From the NCBI GenBank assembly GCA_020137815.1, contig CM035353.1, positions 8,432,001 to 8,496,000 on the forward strand: a stretch of DNA of 64,000 nucleotides, read 5' to 3'. The DNA comes from Hormiphora californensis (taxonomy: Eukaryota; Animalia; Ctenophora). The notes under the pieces are model-generated. The model saw only the letters and a list, made by a program, of their open reading frames with translations, was not told where the DNA came from and did not search any database. This document shows, one piece after another, positions 36,253-47,767 of the stretch. Every line of letters begins with the position of its first letter. Position 1 is the stretch's first letter. Made by a program: the position numbers and the translations under genes.

Positions 36253-37236
36253 CTACGCAGTGACAGATCTAGCAGGACAGTTGTGTGTTGATATCTCTCT
36301 GAAACTCCCGACCTCCATCACACACCTGGGACACACAAACCTCTCCCAAGAAGGCCCCTTCACTAGCCCACTACTAATGGTCTCTCTAACAGGTACAAAC
36401 TCTATCTTAACATTCCTAGCCCCACAAACATGGTCCTCCATCCCCGAATCAAGGGGAAACTCCTCCCCACACTTCTCACATTTCAACTCCCTCTGCTCAC
36501 CTCTCTCAGTAAACATACAGCTGTGCTCCACCCGGTAGTGAAGTGACAACTCATCAGGAACCATAAACCTCCTCTCACACAACTGACAGGATCTCTGTGC
36601 TATCTGGATTGTATCTCTGTGTTGTTTACAGCGGGATACATGGCACTGGATACCCCGCACTGACCGAGATACAAACCCGCACAATGTACAGGTCCTGTCC
36701 CTCTCTGGTACTGGTTGTTGAGTGAGGTGGGCGGGTCCGATCTTCTCATAGTCTTCATCTTCTGCATCTTCCTTTTTCCTCTTCTTCTCCCCCTGGTCAC
36801 TACCGTCTCCCTCCTCCTCGCCTGCGTAGTCCTGTGGTGCTTTAGCGCGACAAGACCGCTGGGATCGGGGGTTAGCATCGTGCTCCAATACCCAACATTT
36901 GGGTTTGTGTTTCTGTAGCTCTTCTTCGGTTTTATAGGCATTACCACAAGCACAGTACTCTAAGTTAGAAGAGAGGGGTGTAGTAGTGGTACTGGGTTGT
37001 TGAGGGGGTGTAGGTGGGTCTGTTCGAGGTGGTTCAGGGTTAGACTTGAGACTATTAACCAAGTGTACCACCTCTGTCAACACATCCCTCTCGGAGACAA
37101 CATCTGGGTGTATTGTGTTGTAGGCGTGCACAGCTGATTTGACAGTGTTCTCCAGTGAGCTGTAGGACCTGTCCTCTGAGGATGAGATAGTGGTTAGGAT
37201 GGTGGAGACGAGGTTCTGAGGGAGGGTCTCTGACAT
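36253..37236 (-). CDS. C2H2-type zinc-finger protein, single coding exon
   Basis: 327-aa ORF with several CxxC...H fingers (CACG..HKPKC, CTLC..HVSRC, CQLC..HYRVEH, CEKC..HVC, CPRC..HNC) and an NLS-like KKRKK. The ATG is preceded by ctctcag. Confidence 0.8.
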   Translation of the reverse strand: MSETLPQNLVSTILTTISSSEDRSYSSLENTVKSAVHAYNTIHPDVVSERDVLTEVVHLVNSLKSNPEPPRTDPPTPPQQPSTTTTPLSSNLEYCACGNAYKTEEELQKHKPKCWVLEHDANPRSQRSCRAKAPQDYAGEEEGDGSDQGEKKRKKEDAEDEDYEKIGPAHLTQQPVPERDRTCTLCGFVSRSVRGIQCHVSRCKQHRDTIQIAQRSCQLCERRFMVPDELSLHYRVEHSCMFTERGEQRELKCEKCGEEFPLDSGMEDHVCGARNVKIEFVPVRETISSGLVKGPSWERFVCPRCVMEVGSFREISTHNCPARSVTA

Positions 37237-38030
37237 CTTCCTGAGAGGGAGAGAGTTAGTAGAGTTAGTAACAGGAAGGGAGAGAGTTAGTAACAGGGAG
37301 GGATGGTGTTAGTAACAGGGAGGGATGGGGGAGGGGGAGAGGATGGTGGGGACGAGGTTCTGAGGGAGGGTCTCTGACATCTTCCTGAGAGGGAGAGAGT
37401 TAGTAACAGGAAGGGATGGTGTTAGTAACAGGAAGGGATGGTGTTAGTAACAGGAAGGGATGGTGTTAGTAACAGGGAGGGATGGTGTTAGTAACAGGAA
37501 GGGATGGTGTTAGTAACAGGAAGGGATGGTGTTAGTAACAGGGAGGGATGGTGTTAGTAACAGGGAGGGATGGTGTTAGTAACAGGGAGGGAGGGGGTTA
37601 GTAACAGGGAGGGATGGTGTTAGTAACAGGGAGGGATGGTGTTAGTAACAGGGAGGGAGGGGGTTAGTAACAGGGAGGGATGGTGTTAGTAACAGGGAGG
37701 GATGGTGTTAGTAACAGGGAGGGAGGGGGTTAGTAACAGGGAGGGAGGGTGTTAGTAACAGGGAGGGAGAGAGTTAGTAACAGGAAGGGATGGTGTTAGT
37801 AACAGGGAGGGATGAGATAGTGGTTAGGATGGTGGAGACGAGGTTCTGAGGGAGGGTCTCTGACATCTTCCTGAGAGGGAGAGAGTTAGTAACAGGAAGG
37901 GATGGTGTTAGTAACAGGGAGGGATGGGGGAGGGGGAGAGGATGGTGGAGACGAGGTTCTGAGGGAGGGTCTCTGACATCTTCCTGAGAGGGATGGATGT
38001 TAGCAGAAGGGAGGGGGTTAATAACAGGGA
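37185..38030. repeat. 22-bp minisatellite with ~25 TACTAAC motifs (minus strand) plus 3 extra copies of the zinc-finger acceptor/ATG block
   Basis: GTTAGTAACAGGGAGGGATGGT units. The block CTGACATCTTCCTGAGAGGG occurs at about 37230, 37374, 37860 and 37973. Confidence 0.9.
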
Positions 38031-38292
38031 AGAAAGGTGTTAGGAGACATGGAGCCTGGATGGAGGTAGGGGCGTTAGGAGTAGACAGAGAGTAATACGA
38101 ATTTTGTTTGTAAGAACATCAATAAATAAAGCACACTGTAAAAATATTCATTCTCTTTCGATAATATCAGCTTTTTCGCTTTCCCTCTCTCCCTCCCTCT
38201 TTTTTTCTCTGCGACCCTCTTTTTGTCCTCTTTTTTCCAATCTCTCTCTGTCACCCTGTACACACTGTAATACAGTTTACATATCCCCCTGT

Positions 38293-40288
38293 TCACTTGT
38301 TGTAGAAGTACATAGGTTTCTTCTCGGGAGGCTCCTCAGACAAGTCTCCTCTGTCACCTTCTGGTAAACATTCTTAGTCTCAGGCCCATATGCTGGTGCT
38401 ATCCAATAAGGGTCCTCCTCACATTTCTCTGCTAATTTCAGTAACGCATCCCTGGGATCTTCCTCCTCGGCAGGGGCACCATGTGTTTCAAGAGCGATCC
38501 GTTTAGATTCAAATGCATGACATAGAACACCCTTTAGTCTTGTGGGCGTCCAACCCATAAGCAGGCTTGTCAGGAGCAGAGGACTGGACGGGGTCTCTCC
38601 TTGCCTTATCCTTCCTCCTCTTAGCGTATAGGAACCTCTGTTCTCGATACATAGGGAGACTGTAAGGGTTGATAATCTGATTGTGGCAGTGCTGTAGCTT
38701 GGTCTTCATTCCTGAGCAGCGCGACGTCGCTGTTTGGCCGCACACAAGCATTGCACCCTTGGTAACTTAGGGTAGGACAATAGTACACCTTGACAATGCC
38801 ATTAGAACACCCTGCTACAATCTGGTTTAGTTTGGGGTGCCACAGAACTGAGGCCACACTCCCCTCACCCACTGCAAACCTATACACTGGCTGGAAGGTG
38901 TTGATATCAAAGAAGACAAGATCACCAGAACCTCTCTTGACTGAGGTCCCTGTCATCACGAACTTCTCATCGGGACTAAAACAACAACCTGTACCCTCAA
39001 ACGCATTCTCCAGACCATCAGCAGAGAACACTGGTGCTGTTATTTTCCTGATATCCCATAACTTCATGGTATCATCACCTCCTCTACTAAGCAGCTTGGT
39101 TCCATCAGCAGAGAACTTCAGACAGCTTGTCTCGGTGCCTGTTTGGTGGGCAGCTTTGTTGGCTGACTTGGGCCGTATGTAGGGACCCTTAGATGGGTAT
39201 AGAGACAAGACACCGTCAATAGTCGCCACTGCAATCATAGTAGAGTCAGGATTATAAGAGCAGTGGGTTGGGTTGATCTTCTTACCATCACGACCCTTCA
39301 ACTTTATAACCGTTGTTTGCTCCTTGATCTTATTTATATCCCACAGTCGCACAGTACTGTCAGCTGCACACGTCATAAAGTGGTTCCTGTCTTTAGTGTG
39401 CCACACTGCGTTAGACATTGCGGAGGTGTGACCTTTAGTTTTACTCATATCATACACATACTGATCACCCTTCTTACTCTCATACACCTCCTTCCCATCC
39501 CTGTCTAGCACCTTCGCCTGGGGACCCCCACTAGATAGCAACAACATATCCCCTCTCGCACTGTATTGTATTGATCTGATATGATAGTTTTCCATTGGTT
39601 GGATGGTACGGAACGATTGGAAACGAGAATCCATGGCATTGAAATCCCAGAACTTAACATCAAAATCTTGGCTCCCGGTCACAAGACGAGCTCCAGCGGG
39701 GTCAAGAGCTAACCCCGTCACTGCTTTTACAGAGTGTTGTAACTTTATTTCGTGAGTTACTGGGAATGATTGCGGAGTTACATCCATATCTTCATCATCT
39801 GAGTCTGACATTTCGTCTGCAGAGTCAGCAGCAGATGTCCCCTGGGGCTGTTGCTCTGCTCCTTTACCAGGATTCACTGCCTTTTCTTTCTGTTTTGGTG
39901 GCGGTGCTGTGGCTGGAGCTTCTTTCTTCTGTTTTTCTGGAGCTTTCTTGCCAAAACCAGAGAATCCCATGAGACTCATCATGTCATTCTTTTCGTTTCC
40001 TTCAACATCTTCCTCTATCATTTTTACTGCACTGATCTTAGTTTTCTCAACTCTTTCTTGAAACTCCGACATGATCTTCTCTACATCAAACTTTTTAGCA
40101 GATTTCTGAGCATTTTTCTGAGAGTTCGAAGTTTTAGTTGCTGTCATAATAGATGATTGGTTCTTTGAAGTATCCTCTTTGTTGGAATCTCCTGTTGATA
40201 TCGTACCGAAACCGGAAACATTGTTATCAGGCTTTGATTCTGGCGCTTTCGCGAGGGATATTTTCCCGAATGAAATCTTTTTGGACAT
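38293..40288 (-). CDS. WDR70: WD repeat-containing protein 70 (Gad-1-like), apparently intronless; frameshifts near the 3' end are probably errors
   Basis: MMSLMGFSGFGKK, PVTHEIKLQH..KAVTGLALDPAGARLVTGSQDFDVKFWDF, KGDQYVYDMSKTKGH, LLSRGGDDTMKLWD, WHPKLNQI. C-terminal EDPRDALL...EEDPYWIAPAY lies in a shifted frame. Confidence 0.92.
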
Positions 40289-40470
40289 CCTCGCGTCGTC
40301 AGTTCATCCTGAAACAAAAGTTGGCTTAAATACAGAGGAAACTGACCACTGCACAGATTTGGAAACGTTGTGGGCTACGCAACCGGCGACAGAGACCGGG
40401 TGGACCGCCCAAAAACAACATTTCTTAAAAAACATCCCAAAAATTTAAAAAATAAATAAGGAACCATAAT

Positions 40471-41576
40471 AAAGTTCAAGAGCGCACCCCATCCAAGAGC
40501 GTACCACCTCCAAAAGACACCACTCCAAGAGCGCACCACATCAAAGAGAGCTCCCCATCCAGAAGATACCGCGCGCAGGGGACACCACGCGCAGAAGAGA
40601 CCGCACGCGCAAATACAACGCCGCGCTGGTCTCTTCTGCGCGTGGTGTCCCCTGCGCGTGGTATCTTCTGGATGGGGAGCTCTCTTTGATGTGGTGCGCT
40701 CTTGAAGTGGTGTCTTCTGGAGGTGGTGCGCTCTTGGATGTGGTCTCTTTTGGGTGTGGTACGCTCTCAGGTGTGGTCTCTCTTCGATCGGGTGTGCTCT
40801 TGGGTGCTCTTGGAGGCTCTTGAACTTTATAGGGATCCCTAAAAAAGTTCAGTATTTACACAGAGTTTACACAGTCTTTACTCAGTCGTTACACCCAGAG
40901 CGCCCGCGCCGCTCTGGGTGTAACGACTGCGTCTTTCGCACTCGATTTGCAGCGTTTTCGGAAACTTTTTTCGCCGCAGCGCTCAATTTTATCAATTGTG
41001 CAGCACACAATCCAATATTTTCTTGGAAAAAGCCACTGTGCGCAGCACGCGCCGCTCTGGGTGTAACGACTGAGTAAAGACTGTGTAAACTCTGTGTAAA
41101 TACTGAACTTTTTTAGGGATCCCTAAAGTCGGATTTTTTGAAGTTGTCACCCCCCTTTTCGTGCGCGGAATGTTTTTGCGCGTCACATCACATGTTAACG
41201 TGTGGTGTGCGCGTCAAATTTGATAAATTTCACATGCGCGGTCATTTGGGGGTGACAACTTCAAAAAATCCGACTTTATTATAGGGATCCCTAAAAAAGT
41301 TCAGTATTTACACAGAGTTTACACAGTCTTTACTCAGTCGTTACACCCAGAGCGGCGCGTGCTGCGCACAGTGGCTTTTTCCAAGAAAATATTGGATTGT
41401 GTGCTGCACAATTGAGTAAATGGAGCGCTGCGGCGAAAAAAGTTTCCGAAAACGCTGCAAATCGAGTGCGAAAGACGCAGTCGTTACACCCAGAGCGGCG
41501 CGGGCGCTCTGGGTGTAACGACTGAGTAAAGACTGTGTAAACTCTGTGTAAATACTGAACTTTTTTAGGGATCCCT
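40471..41576. mobile_element. Four abutting MITEs: A 40471-40828, B 40831-41124, C 41125-41277, D 41283-41576 (inverted copy of B)
   Basis: TIR pairs AAAGTTCAAGAG/CTCTTGAACTTT, AGGGATCCCTAAAAAAGTTCAGTATTTACACAG (B and D), and AAAGTCGGATTTTTTGAAGTTGTCACCCCC. Confidence 0.85.
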
Positions 41577-42770
41577 ATGGTTCCTTATGCACAATTTGAA
41601 TTTTACGAACGCGAATGGCGCGCGCATGTCGCGATGTCGTCCCCGTTGGCGCGCATATTCCTAAATAAATTGTTCGCGCGTTCCATTCATTTCAGCGAGA
41701 TACCTGATCCAGACCCTGACTGTGAGTGTGATGTGAGCCACACTAATGTCTGTCAGGCATGGCTACCGCCTCCTAGGGCTGGGGAGTGAGGACTGCAGCT
41801 AGGATCGGATCAGTGCAGGATCACTGATCCTGGATCAGGATCCGGAGTCACACTCACACTCAGTGTGTCCTCAGAGCTGAGTCAGAATCAGTCACTGTGA
41901 GTGACCTGTGACTGACTGCAAGTGTGACTGTGAGACTCACAGTTTGAGCGTGACTGTGACAGTTTCAGTGAGACTGTCTGATCAGATAAAACTAAAAGTG
42001 ACGCATCTTTATTTTGAAACCCCGGTCCAATGTGAGTCATATTTTTGATTTCAACTTCAAGGACATCATATTTTGACAACCGAAAATGTAAATTTCCAAT
42101 TACAATCAGGGAGCAAACATAACTACTCTCTCGGTGTTTATAAATATAGGTACAAACAGAAGACATACAAACATAGCATCTCTCTCAGTCTCAGGGGGGG
42201 ATATAATCAACTTCAAGGGGTCAAAATTAAATAAGATTTAACTCACAAGTTATCTATAGATTCCAGAACCCACAGCTTCTAAACATTAGTGTTTGCATAA
42301 TCAAGTTTTCCCGGCTAGTGTTGTGTGAGGTAAAAAGAGTGATTACGGTAAATTAAAAAGGCGTTTTTGTTAAAATCTGATCCCAGTCAGCATAATAATA
42401 TAGGGCGGCCTGACGGAAGAGAACTTTCACACTCCAATAAAGTTATTTAGGTACAGGAGACCAATTTGCACTCTCTTTCAGACGTGAGTCATCATGGACA
42501 CTGGATACTTTTTATGATGGTTTGGTATATTTTGTTCCAGCTTCACCCGAACATGTCTAAACTCAAAATATTTGCACTCTTGATATTAGCAACAATTTCA
42601 CTGTTCACTCTCGCCCTCTCGCTTTCTCCACCCATTTTGACATCTATATTAACTTTCCACGAAAGGTGTTATAAATTATCAAAAAACTCATAAAAATATA
42701 AATAAGGTCTAAAATAATAGAGGCGGTACACACACATCTCATCTCCCAACTTATCACCCAGTGCAGTGTT

Positions 42771-45700
42771 CTAACTCGCCATCATGTGTTTTACAGGTCC
42801 ATCGTTGGAGAGGTGTTGCTGCATTTGAGATATACAGTTCGCACTGAACATGTACTCTGTCACCCCATTACTAGCGGGGTTCTGAGGCAGGAGTGGTGAG
42901 GTGTTCGTGTTGGAAAGGGGGGAGGTGTTGTTAGGCAGGAGTGTTGTTGTAGGTGATGAGACGACTGGAGTTGAGGGGGTGTTAAAGGTGGCGGGCAGAG
43001 CACAGAATCCACCAAGAGGGGTGGCGTGGGCCGTATTGAAGTGAGGGTTCGTTGTGACTGGAGCAATCAGTCTCGTCTCAGGGGGCAGGGTTCCCATGGC
43101 CGTCTTCAGCAGCTGGGTGAAGACAATATCGTCCGGGTTCCTGCAGTAACGGTACACCAACCGTTGCCCGGGGATGTGCTTGATGATATTTTTCTCGTAG
43201 TAATACCGCATCGCCCGGGACAGCTTATCAAAGTTCATGCGGGCATTGTTTTTTCTCCTACCCCACCTCCTAGCCAGCTCACGACTGTTGATCACCTTAA
43301 ACTCAAGGTCATTCCCAGTCCATGCAATGAAGTCCTTGCAGGAGTGGTCCCCCAGTAGCTCCAGTATGAACTGCCAGAGGTGGACAGGATATGAAGGACC
43401 TGGAGAGGAGGAGGGTTAAATCTGGGCAGGAGGGAAGGGGACATTAGCCGTCACTTATTGTTGTGTGTCAGTCAACAAGGATCAGAGTTTGTGTTTTGGT
43501 CAAAGTCATAGTGGGAGTAAAGATTTGGATAGAGAAAAAGAAGAGATCAGAGAAAGAGAAAGTTTCGAAATTTCGGGAATTTTTGGGAATTTAAAACGCA
43601 GTTAATTCAGTTTGAATGGTGAAGCAATACAACAAAATAACACCAAAACAACACCATGTAATATTTTACATCATCTGCAGTAGTGATAACAGCATTAAAT
43701 ATCTTAATCAAACAAAAAACGTGTGTTTAGCATTCCATTAGTGTTACACATGTGTTAGGATCTAGTTAGACCTCTTAGTACAAGTATAGGTTGGCGTGCA
43801 GTTAAACGAGGCGCTGCCTCCTCAAAGGGATTTATCACGTGGATTTAAAAAGTGCTATTATAACATTTAGCTTCCATTGAAAAACGTATGTGTGGGACAC
43901 ACGTGGAGTTAAGATATTAAAAAGTCAAATAAATAGGGGCTTGAAGAATAAATAACATCACAATTACCCCCTCAAACTTAGTAGCATACAAACACACATT
44001 CACAAGAAAAAAACGCTACAATTTCTCGGAATTTCATCATTTTTGCTCTTTTTCGCTTTCATAAGTTACCCCTTCTCCTTTTCAAGTCCCATATAATCAC
44101 TCACACATTATCACACACACTCACACACAAACAGATCCCTAATTCAGAATCTCTTTCTCTCCCGCACCCAATATCACTGCTACCTAATAGACAGTCATTT
44201 TGACAAAAGGGTCTGGCCGGGCCGGCTGTGTATTCATGTTGGGTGCTGCATTGAAATATGTCTCAGGGAGGGAGGGGCCCGGAATGGGGGAATTAAAACA
44301 AGGGTTGGTGGTAACCGGGGCAGTTAATCTGGCATCAGGGGGCAGGGAACCTAGAGCTGCCTTCAGCAGCTGGGTGAAAGACAATATCGTCCGGGTTCCT
44401 ACAGAATCGATACACCAACCGTTGCCCGGGGATGTGCTTGATGATATTTTTCTCGTAGTAATACCGCATCGCCCGGGACAGCTTATCAAAGTTCATGCGT
44501 GGTTTATTTTTCCTCTTGCCCCACCTCCTAGCTAGCTCGCGGCTGTTGAGGACTTTAAACTCGAGGTCATTGCCCGTCCACGAAATGATATCTTGGCAGC
44601 TGTGATCCCCCAGTAACTCAAGTATGAATTGCCACAAGTGAACAGGGTAGGTGGGCCCTGCAAAGAGAGATGTTTCACTGGCTTGATCTTTTTTAATTTG
44701 AAATTTCCCAAAATGCACACGATGATATAGAGAGAGATAGAGATAGAGAGAGGGAGGGTAGTCAGTCAGTTAGTCAGTTAGATATTGAGATATCACATAC
44801 CTGCGGGGAATGGGGCGTTTAATCCTCCTTATCCTCATTGGTCCATTAACCTCACTCTGCTGATACTCGTGTAGTTTTATCTCAGAGTGGTTCCGTGGGG
44901 TAGCAGTATCGGTGGGGGTCGCTACTGTTGTTGGTATGGCCGTGAGACCCCCGAACAGGGGATGTGATAGGACGGGGTCTGTTTCAGCGGTACTCCTGTA
45001 ATCAGAGTCAGAGTGTCAGTATTGTGTTGTATTGTCAGTTGTCATGGTAACAGGGGGGAGGGAGTTCTTGCTCACACACTCACACAAAACCCACACACAT
45101 TCTAAGCCAATCAGAGGCCAGGATTTCAAAATATCCAGGCTTGTGATTGGTTGGTTTATTTTAAATTGTAGCCGCGATAGATCAAGCACAGTGAAACACC
45201 CCATTGTGAGCTGCAGGGCCCATACAAACAGTGTGGGTGTGATAATATATAAAACATGCAATATCTCTAGTATAATAGTGCTGTGCTACTTACAGGGTGG
45301 GCTGGTATTTGTTATCCTGTTTTAGGTGATCTTGGTTGACGAAGGAGTTGGGGAACATCATGTCCGATAACCTGGTAGAGAGGGGAGGGGTGTTAGACCT
45401 GGGTTAGTAAAGAGGAGGGGGAACAGGAGGGGACAGTTCGAGCTAGGGGGAGGTAGTCGAGAACACCTACAGCTATAAGAAGTGCAATTATAATAGTGGT
45501 GAAGGTGGGATGTTATCAAGTTAGGAAACTCTACGTACCTGTACCCTTGGTAGTCGATCTGATTAAGGTTCATTGTGGCGCTGGGGTAGAGACCTCCCGC
45601 TGTCTGGTTGGCGTTACCCAGGTAATAGGGGTTCAACTGGTAGGGTGAGTTGGGGGATGATGGCTCTGGTTTCACTGGGAGAGGGTAGGTTGGATATGTC

Positions 45701-46481
45701 TGGTGCTGGGAGGAAAACACTGGATTTGATAACATCGAGGTTGTATCGTAGGCAGCCGTTCCACCACTGAACTGTCGCTGCATTGATGATGATCTGAGGA
45801 GGGAGAGGGGGTGTTAGATCTGGGGGATGGGGTGTTAGAATCTGGGTGGTCTGGGGGAGAGGGTGTTACAATCTGGGTGGTCTGGGGAAGGGGGTGTTAG
45901 AATTGATGGTAATGAAGACTGATCTGAGGAGGGAGAGGGTGTGTTAGAATCTGGGTGATCTGGGGAGGGGGTGTTAGAATCTGGGTGGTCTGGGGAAGGG
46001 GGTGTTAGAATCTGGGTGGTCTGGGGGGGGGAGGGGTGTGATAGAATCTGGGGGAGAAGGGGGCGAGGAAGGGGTGTTTTAGAATGGTAATGAAGACTCT
46101 GGGTGGGAGGGGGAAATATATGTTGGTATTAGACACATGGTCACTTGATGATATGGATATGGATGTGCAAATGATATTGATGATATGGATGCGCAAATAA
46201 AAGCTGAACTATATACATTCCCCGTGAACTATTATATAATACATTCCCCCATTTTATATTTCCGGGTATATCACCCACCCAACTACACACACCCTCAAAG
46301 TTAATCTACAACTTGGTATAGCTCGAGGTCTAATGTCTTGGTTTTCCTGCTCAAAACTATCACCACCAAGAGATGTCATATTTGTTTTAAACCATTCCAA
46401 GTGGTGTCGAGACTCGAGTGAGAGAAAAACGGCGATGACCTAAGGCTAGGAGATTTGGGCAAAGGAGAAATTTAACAAAGA

Positions 46482-46531
<50 letters not shown>

Positions 46532-47599
46532 ACATACAACACTTACAGCAAGAGGAGGTGCTCCACACGGAAGCGCGAGGTAGCAGACATGTGTCTAGAC
46601 TGGACTGTCTGGCCATGTACCAGCTACTAGCTGTGCAGGACCCAGTTAGCGGCTAGCCGGCCCGACACCCCCGCCCAGACACCAGACACCAGACTTGTTA
46701 GACGGGGTATTATAGCAAGCTGATCTCTAGTAGGTAGGGGCGGACAAGGGATGGATCTAATCAATGTCTAGCCGGGGGACAAGGGATCGGTCTAATCAGA
46801 GTTTCTAGCCGGCCCGACACCCCCAACCCAGACACCAGACCCGACTTGCTTGGGGACAAGGGTCTAATCAGCTAACTTCTAGCCGGGGGAAACACACCCA
46901 GACACCAGACACCACTGTTAGATATCCAGAACTACCACCCTAACAAGGTCGTCTAATTGGGATCACATGGCACTGAAGCAACACAGGGTTACAATGAACT
47001 TCTAATTCATCATTTTCTACCGAAACTTGGGGACTATTATATCGAGATCTTCATGAAGGAGTCCCACACCTCTTTTTGTATTAGTGGATCCTCTTGTTCG
47101 AAAATGCCATCTCTCTCTGAGTCTCTTTTATTCCTCCTCCCCTCTCTTCTATACAACTCCCTCTCTATGATGTCTCCATTGACTCCCTCCTCTTTCTGAC
47201 TTTCTGAGCTCTCATTCTCACTCTAACTCCCCCTCGCTGAGCTCTCATCCTCACCCTAACTCCCCCATTCTAAGCTCTCATCCTCACTCTAACTCCCCCA
47301 TTCTAAGATGCCCTTCTCACTCCACTATAAGTGTAAAGCCGGAAGTTGGAGCGCAGCACACCACGTGACTCAATACCACGTGGAGATCACGGGGTGTCTA
47401 GAAACACATCACATGACACTAATATCTGTCTAGCAACTCCCCTCCGAGACAGAGGTAATCACGTGACCCCTCTGAGCCAATGGGAGGACGAGAATTACAG
47501 ACGTCCACCAATGGTGAGGGTAGAATTGTGAAACAACAGACATCTCTCTGGAGTTGTGTGAGTCTGAGTGTGACACACATTCAATGTTACTTGAGAGAG

Positions 47600-47676
<77 letters not shown>

Positions 47677-47678
47677 GA

Positions 47679-47709
<31 letters not shown>

Positions 47710-47714
47710 AGGAG

Positions 47715-47767
<53 letters not shown>

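Noticed and set aside
38293-38760. Frameshifts in the WDR70 C-terminus, and in ETS at about 44378 and 44785, as programmed frameshifting
   Set aside because: Isolated single-base indels, several in homopolymer runs, in an assembly that is visibly error-prone.
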